A DNA stretch of 35,256 nucleotides. Origin: a virus. Shown here piece after piece: positions 31,316 to 35,256 of this stretch. The stretch lies in IMG/VR virus record IMGVR_UViG_3300031716_000031; one strand, given 5' to 3'. Made by a program: the position numbers and the translations under genes. Positions within the stretch are counted from its first letter, which is position 1. The number at the start of each line of letters is the position of its first letter. The notes under the pieces were generated by a model. The model saw only the letters and a program-made list of their open reading frames with translations, made no database searches and had not been told where the DNA came from.

Positions 31316-31770
31316 GCTTGGCTCCTTGCGGTGAGGTAGGCTTCATTTGCCTCTTGAGCAGTCGAAAATGTTCCGAGATATCGTCCACGGAACTGCGCTT
31401 GCCACTTGCCGATAGACGAAATGAATGTTGTCCCTAATAGGGCTGGATCGCGACCTTTGTTGCAGTTATTTTCCTGACAAGTGGCCTTCCGCAGGTTTTC
31501 CCATCGGTTGTCGTCTCGATTGCGATTGACGTGATCGAGTTGATCTTCCGGGTATTCCCCAGTCATCAATGCCCAAGCCAATCGATGTGCTGCATAGTGC
31601 TTGTTATTTATGCCAACGCGGCGGTAGCCATCCTTACAGAGTTTGCCAGCGGGCACATCCATCCGGCGGCGACCCCCTCCAATGATCCAATAAAGATGCC
31701 CTGTTTGCGGCTCGTAACTCAGCATCATGCGTAACTCAGCAATGCTGAGTTCTTCTTCGATGTTCGTCAT
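31312..31770 (-). CDS. HNH (HNH_3) + AP2-domain homing endonuclease, second copy
   Basis: HRLAWALMTGEYPEDQLDHVNRNRDDNRWENLRKATCQENNCN plus GKWQAQFRGRYLGTFSTAQEANEAY. The preferred ATG 31770 overlaps the upstream TGA (ATGA). Confidence 0.8.
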   Translation of the reverse strand: MTNIEEELSIAELRMMLSYEPQTGHLYWIIGGGRRRMDVPAGKLCKDGYRRVGINNKHYAAHRLAWALMTGEYPEDQLDHVNRNRDDNRWENLRKATCQENNCNKGRDPALLGTTFISSIGKWQAQFRGRYLGTFSTAQEANEAYLTARSQA

Positions 31771-32132
31771 ACACTGCCTTTCGCGGCGTCGAGGACGGCG
31801 GCGATGACGGCTAGCTTGATGCAGCACGGGCAAGTAACAGCTCGTTCGTCATGCGAATACTGACCCATGTCACGCGGACGGGCACCGCATGTATGAGTAT
31901 GGTAATTGGGGAAATGCGTCACCTTTCCCGAGTTCAGGGCGTGGGCACGTTGAGTAGCAGCCGCCTTACCCTGAATGGAATAGGGGAAGTATTCAGGGCT
32001 GCGAATGCCTTGCACGTCCCACACGAAATATCCGTCGTGCGGATCGGTTTCGACGTCGCACACCGACACTTGGTAGCGTGCATCCTTGGGGATTGAATCC
32101 GCAAACCCCAGCGTATGTTGTGTATTTCTCAT
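31767..32132 (-). CDS. Hypothetical protein (121 aa)
   Basis: The ORF lies behind a GGAGGAACAAAC SD. The C-terminus contains THTCG...VTCPCC. No family recognised. Confidence 0.6.
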   Translation of the reverse strand: MRNTQHTLGFADSIPKDARYQVSVCDVETDPHDGYFVWDVQGIRSPEYFPYSIQGKAAATQRAHALNSGKVTHFPNYHTHTCGARPRDMGQYSHDERAVTCPCCIKLAVIAAVLDAAKGSV

Positions 32133-32164
32133 GTTTGTTCCTCCGTTTGTGTTATCGACAATTC

Positions 32165-32193
32165 ATAGTAGCAATAAGCAACACATAACGCAA
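32165..32193 (-). promoter_or_regulatory. Candidate sigma70-type promoter (minus strand)
   Basis: On the minus strand, TTGCGT (32193..32188), a 17-nt spacer and TACTAT (32170..32165) lie in a 96-bp intergenic gap. Confidence 0.35.
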
Positions 32194-32228
32194 CAGTTAT
32201 TTACATGAAACTTTTTAATACGCGGCAT

Positions 32229-32600
32229 TTAGTCTATTTCTATGCCTCGTTCAGCACAGAAAGCATGGATAAGCTCTACCAGATCGGAGAACTCTTTTTT
32301 GGTCATTTTGCTGGTCGATAATCCTAGGACAACAGATCCACCGTCTATTCCGGGAACGGCCTTTTGCTTCTTTAAAGAAGCGCTGAAAATATGTTTCCAT
32401 GATTCAGCATCGAGCTTCTCTCCATACCACTCTACTTTTTCACTGACGCAGCTTAGAAGCTTCCATAGAAGGGCGTTTTGCTCCAGTGTCCGAGTAGCCT
32501 CACCAACCTTCACCGCAAAACCATCAGGAGCCGTTCTAACCGCCTCCAAAGCCCTGTTACGGGCCTCGGAGTGAATTAGAATATAGGTCTTCGTAGACAT
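32229..32600 (-). CDS. ninB: NinB/Orf-family recombination mediator
   Basis: ATRTLEQNALLWKLLSCVSEKVEWYGEKLDAESWKHIF matches the NinB pattern R.l.QN...W..l.dis..v.w.G..l....WK. Confidence 0.75.
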   Translation of the reverse strand: MSTKTYILIHSEARNRALEAVRTAPDGFAVKVGEATRTLEQNALLWKLLSCVSEKVEWYGEKLDAESWKHIFSASLKKQKAVPGIDGGSVVLGLSTSKMTKKEFSDLVELIHAFCAERGIEID

Positions 32601-32920
32601 TAGAATGGCACTTCGATGTCATCGTGATCGTCTTTATTTGACTTATGGTTTGAATCTCTATTGTCTCGGCTCTTAGGCTGTTTTTCCTTAGCTAGCACTA
32701 GAACCTCGTCATTGAACCGATCTGACCCTTGACAGTGATTCCACCACTTTCCAGTCTTTTCATTCTTTTGGGCTGGATAGGAAACAAACTCACCTTTACC
32801 AGTCGTAACGATACGACAACCACGGATGGTCATGAAAGGAGTCGATCCTTCTTTAGAAGCCATGTGGAGGTTAAAAGATGGATATTTCCCATCAAACCAC
32901 TCAACAGATAGATGAACCAT
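32600..32920 (-). CDS. Putative ssDNA-binding protein, non-canonical (106 aa) with SSB-type acidic C-terminal tip
   Basis: It lies between ERF and NinB. The C-terminus DDHDDIEVPF resembles the SSB DDDIPF tip. The core FMTIRGCRIVTTGKGEFVSYPAQKNEKTGKWW looks SpoVG-like rather than like an OB-fold SSB. Confidence 0.5.
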   Translation of the reverse strand: MVHLSVEWFDGKYPSFNLHMASKEGSTPFMTIRGCRIVTTGKGEFVSYPAQKNEKTGKWWNHCQGSDRFNDEVLVLAKEKQPKSRDNRDSNHKSNKDDHDDIEVPF

Positions 32921-32922
32921 GA

Positions 32923-33510
32923 TTAATCCTTCGTTTTAAGAGATTCGCCGTACTTCCTGATAGCGGTACGGACATTGCTGGGCATCTTCCCCCATTCATC
33001 GGCTTGACGTTCTTGATCTGGCGTCCCGTCTTCATGAATCAACAGCGTCTTTTTCTGCGTCCATTTCGCATATTCATGGGCCGCTTCTTCGTCTGTCAAA
33101 GTTGGAAGTCGTACAGCTTTTTCCTTCTCTTCCTTGATAGGTTCGCTAGAATCGATAGGATCATGCTCGACAATTTCCAGAGCAGCTACCCATAGATATC
33201 GCCTGAGATAAGTTTGAACTGCTCCCAAGTTCTGAACGTCATGACAGCCCTTTAGAGCGGCTGAAGACATAGGAGATGTAATCAGACATTTCGTGTTGTC
33301 TCCAATGTCTGTAATGGTCATTGTCGCCAGTTCATGAGTGAAGGAAATCACTCCCGAGAGACCAAACTCATTGAATATCTGCAACGCAGGGACGAGAAAA
33401 TCACCTAGCTCAAAGTAGTAATACCCTGCGAACTTATTGTGCCCGGTCTTCTTTATTTCTGTTGAGTGAAACTTGATTCTGGCTTGGTTTAACTTCGCTA
33501 ATACTGTCAT
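32923..33510 (-). CDS. erf: ERF-family single-strand annealing protein
   Basis: KKTGHNKFAGYYYFELGDFLVPALQIFNEFGL and NLGAVQTYLRRYLWVAALEI fit the ERF pattern. The second ATG (33510) has better SD spacing (GGAGA) than 33516. Confidence 0.75.
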   Translation of the reverse strand: MTVLAKLNQARIKFHSTEIKKTGHNKFAGYYYFELGDFLVPALQIFNEFGLSGVISFTHELATMTITDIGDNTKCLITSPMSSAALKGCHDVQNLGAVQTYLRRYLWVAALEIVEHDPIDSSEPIKEEKEKAVRLPTLTDEEAAHEYAKWTQKKTLLIHEDGTPDQERQADEWGKMPSNVRTAIRKYGESLKTKD

Positions 33511-33634
33511 CTTCATTCTCCGTTTTATCGATTAAGTTTTCAAACTGCTCTCGTCCAACTTGATTCCACCACATCAACTCACTGTCATCCATACCCCATT
33601 CCTTTGCTGTTACTTTTAATATACGTTCAATCAA
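33434..33634 (-). CDS. Hypothetical protein (66 aa), overlaps the ERF start
   Basis: The TTG start at 33634 follows AAGGAAAG. The 3' 77 nt overlap the erf gene in another frame. Confidence 0.4.
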   Translation of the reverse strand: MIERILKVTAKEWGMDDSELMWWNQVGREQFENLIDKTENEDDSISEVKPSQNQVSLNRNKEDRAQ

Positions 33635-33643
33635 CTTCTTTCC

Positions 33644-34237
33644 TTATTTTATTTCTTGTTGTCCCTGATTGGCGGGTGGGTGGGCGTCCATCGCTGTGCA
33701 GCGTCTGACTGATGAGCAGTAGTTTGGCGTGTCGCAACAATTCTGATGCACTGCCTCCCCCTCCCTAGCGGGTGGGTGGGCGTAGAGCTTCGTGCCGTAA
33801 TCTAAAAAGCGCCAGCGTCCATCGATCTCGCGCACGGTCTGCTGACCCATTACTGGGCATTCGACTATCTCGGCTACTGCCTCCCTATCCATCGCAGCTT
33901 GCTCGCGTAGAGAATTGATTTCTGCTTGACACTGCATACCGATTGCGTACGCCTTCTCCCATTCCTGCTTTTGGGCGGTCAGCATGAGCTTGAGTTCGTA
34001 AATCTCCGCATCCTTCGCATTCCGCTCGGCTGCTGGCTGCTCGGATGGCGTGGGCTCTCGATGGATTACAAGATGATTCCAAGCTGCATAAAAAGCATCG
34101 TACATGTCTTGAGTGTGCGTGTAATAGTATTGGTCTGGCTGAAAGTCGCAGCGCTTCAGATTTGCGTGCGGGAAACATTTCTCAAACATCGCTTGGCACG
34201 GCAACAGTTCTTCCTGCGTTGTGTTGGTGGTGGTCAT
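33644..34237 (-). CDS. Ea22-like coiled-coil protein (197 aa), paralogous in parts to 27452..28644
   Basis: The preferred ATG 34237 comes just after the upstream TGA. It has the N-terminus MTTTNTTQEELLPC, a coiled-coil, then REAVAEI...GTKLYAHPPAREG and a terminal AHPPANQG. Confidence 0.6.
   Translation of the reverse strand: MTTTNTTQEELLPCQAMFEKCFPHANLKRCDFQPDQYYYTHTQDMYDAFYAAWNHLVIHREPTPSEQPAAERNAKDAEIYELKLMLTAQKQEWEKAYAIGMQCQAEINSLREQAAMDREAVAEIVECPVMGQQTVREIDGRWRFLDYGTKLYAHPPAREGEAVHQNCCDTPNYCSSVRRCTAMDAHPPANQGQQEIK
33672..33685. repeat. GCGGGTGGGTGGGC repeat, copy 2 of 3
   Basis: Exact 14-mer. The flanks match copy 1 on the left side (CCTGATTG). Confidence 0.9.
33768..33781. repeat. GCGGGTGGGTGGGC repeat, copy 3 of 3
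   Basis: Exact 14-mer. The right flank GTAGAGC resembles copy 1's ATAGAGC. Confidence 0.9.
34200..34228. repeat. Junction repeat J2, copy A
   Basis: See 28613..28641. Copy A has an extra GGTGGT (two Thr codons) before the ATG. Confidence 0.9.
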
Positions 34238-34238
34238 T

Positions 34239-34430
34239 TCAGTATTCCAAATCGACAATAAATTCGTGAGAACAATTCGGGCAAACGACCTCTACCCCTT
34301 TCTTTTGTTCGCACGCCTCAAGTTTTCTGCCGCCCCAAAAATCGTCAGCGTCAAGAAGATCGACAAACTCGCCGCAACTCGGGCAATCGCAATTAAGCGA
34401 CAAATTCCATTGGGCAGATATAGTTCTCAC
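34239..34430 (-). CDS. Small zinc-ribbon protein (63 aa)
   Basis: The GTG start at 34430 overlaps the upstream TGA and follows GGGGAGAGCGGGAA. Contains CDCPSC...CPNC. The track ORF extension to 34511 is unlikely. Confidence 0.5.
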   Translation of the reverse strand: MRTISAQWNLSLNCDCPSCGEFVDLLDADDFWGGRKLEACEQKKGVEVVCPNCSHEFIVDLEY

Positions 34431-34642
34431 TTCCCGCTCTCCCCACCCGTGGGGGCTTTGGTTATCTGTACCTTGATTGCGCGGCCGCCCTTTCGATAAA
34501 TCTTGCGCCAAGGTTCACCCATCATTGCTTCGGCCTCTTTGATTACCGCTTTGCGAGTCCAGCCAACAATCGCGCAAATGTATGGCTGACCAGTTGCCCA
34601 ACTGAATGCCCATCCGGGGGCTTCGATCTTGTCCATGTTCAC
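34427..34642 (-). CDS. Hypothetical protein (71 aa)
   Basis: ATG 34642 follows GGAAGGGGTGAAC. It ends in the shared KAPTGGESGK tail. Confidence 0.6.
   Translation of the reverse strand: MNMDKIEAPGWAFSWATGQPYICAIVGWTRKAVIKEAEAMMGEPWRKIYRKGGRAIKVQITKAPTGGESGK
34437..34461. repeat. Junction repeat J1, copy A
   Basis: See 28846..28870. Confidence 0.9.
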
Positions 34643-34651
34643 CCCTTCCTA

Positions 34652-34801
34652 TCAGCGGTAGAAGCCGAGTTTAAACAAGAAGCCAGATAGCCTTGATTTG
34701 ATCTTCATCCACTTACTCATAGGCATCCTAGACTTCCATCCTTTAGAAGAGATAAAACACTTCATCGTATGGATTTGGGCTTGGTGAGAATAGAGTTGCA
34801 T
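34652..34801 (-). CDS. Doubtful small basic ORF (49 aa, below ORF-track cutoff)
   Basis: Hand translation gives MQLYSHQAQIHTMKCFISSKGWKSRMPMSKWMKIKSRLSGFLFKLGFYR. It fills a 160-nt gap on the operon strand, but no clear SD is present. Confidence 0.3.
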   Translation of the reverse strand: MQLYSHQAQIHTMKCFISSKGWKSRMPMSKWMKIKSRLSGFLFKLGFYR

Positions 34802-34803
34802 GA

Positions 34804-35040
34804 TTATTTCATTCCTTGGTAAGCCTTGTGTGCTCGCTCAAGTTCCTCGGCTTGAAAGCCCGGTGTAAATTTACCAGTATCAACAAAATACCAATGCCCT
34901 ACATAGTTTCTATGGATATCTCGGCGTTCAGTTCTTTTCCACCATAAAAATCCTGTTTCTACTGAAACGCTTGCGTAATACCCTAGATTTAATGGAGAAC
35001 TACCGACGGTCTTTTCCATGAAGAATTTACTCAATTTCAT
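34804..35040 (-). CDS. Hypothetical protein (78 aa)
   Basis: TAATG overlap with the upstream gene at 35040. No motif recognised. Confidence 0.6.
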   Translation of the reverse strand: MKLSKFFMEKTVGSSPLNLGYYASVSVETGFLWWKRTERRDIHRNYVGHWYFVDTGKFTPGFQAEELERAHKAYQGMK

Positions 35041-35249
35041 TAGATTCTTCCTCCAAGCTTGGCCTGAAATTTCACATCAAACAACACTCGTGATTGACTG
35101 TCAGCATCGAATTCACTATTCCGATGTCGTTCAGTGAACTCATAATCAGGATGAAGTACCCAATTCGATCGTAGATACTCTTTTGCGGAATTCAGTTTAC
35201 GTAGCATGGGATTAAATCTGATTTGCGACCAAGTTTTATCGTATTTCAT
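35040..35249 (-). CDS. Hypothetical protein (69 aa), spans the repeat at the window end
   Basis: Full ORF. Its 5' 120 nt are duplicated at 1..120. In the circular molecule the upstream neighbour is ORF 127..465. Confidence 0.65.
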   Translation of the reverse strand: MKYDKTWSQIRFNPMLRKLNSAKEYLRSNWVLHPDYEFTERHRNSEFDADSQSRVLFDVKFQAKLGGRI

Positions 35250-35256
35250 TTCCTAT
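35130..35256. repeat. Terminal direct repeat, right copy (identical to 1..127)
   Basis: Base-by-base comparison of the two ends. Confidence 0.95.

Noticed and set aside
33434-33516. Programmed frameshift linking ORF 33434..33634 to erf
   Set aside because: I saw no slippery heptamer or downstream structure in the overlap. erf has its own SD and an N-terminus typical of the family. A simple out-of-frame overlap is more likely.

Overview
The window is a complete, closed genome (about 35.13 kb unique sequence) of a tailed dsDNA phage. Bases 1..127 are identical to 35130..35256. All family calls below come from motifs read by eye in the translations, because no searches were possible. The morphogenesis genes resemble the P22 type. 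They include a Terminase_3/PBSX-like TerL, a P22-like portal, an acidic scaffold, a P22-coat-like major capsid protein, a gp4-like adaptor, three Q/N/A-rich ejection-type proteins, a gp10-like tail hub and a tail fibre.

The genome has two arms. Both start at a divergent control region (1316..1459) and converge with no gap at 26597/26598.
- The plus arm (1460..26597) carries an HTH gene, a replication initiator with an internal iteron-like array, a loader-like gene, NinG, the packaging, head and tail genes, and a lysis cassette.
- The minus arm runs from 1315 through the circular junction down to 26598. It carries small early genes, an ERF / SSB-like / NinB recombination module, Ea22-like coiled-coil proteins, a Lar-like protein, a MazG-like protein, a tRNA-Met(CAU) and a small basic protein.

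I found no integrase, CI-type repressor, DNA polymerase or helicase, spanin, CRISPR array or reverse transcriptase.

The most unusual content is:
1. An Asp/Asn-beta-hydroxylase-like gene plus a GNAT gene, translationally coupled inside the late operon between the adaptor and the ejection proteins. A second mini-GNAT lies between TerL and the portal.
2. Two extra genes between portal and scaffold. One has a Sec-type signal peptide, fibre-type repeats and a terminal Phe.
3. A lysis cassette with two different holin families plus another membrane protein. Its only soluble candidate enzyme is a DUF5675/YkuD-like protein.
4. A short non-OB-looking protein with an SSB-type acidic tail in the SSB slot.
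5. High-GC mosaic modules in the early arm that share three short junction repeats in the same order.
6. Three free-standing homing-endonuclease genes.
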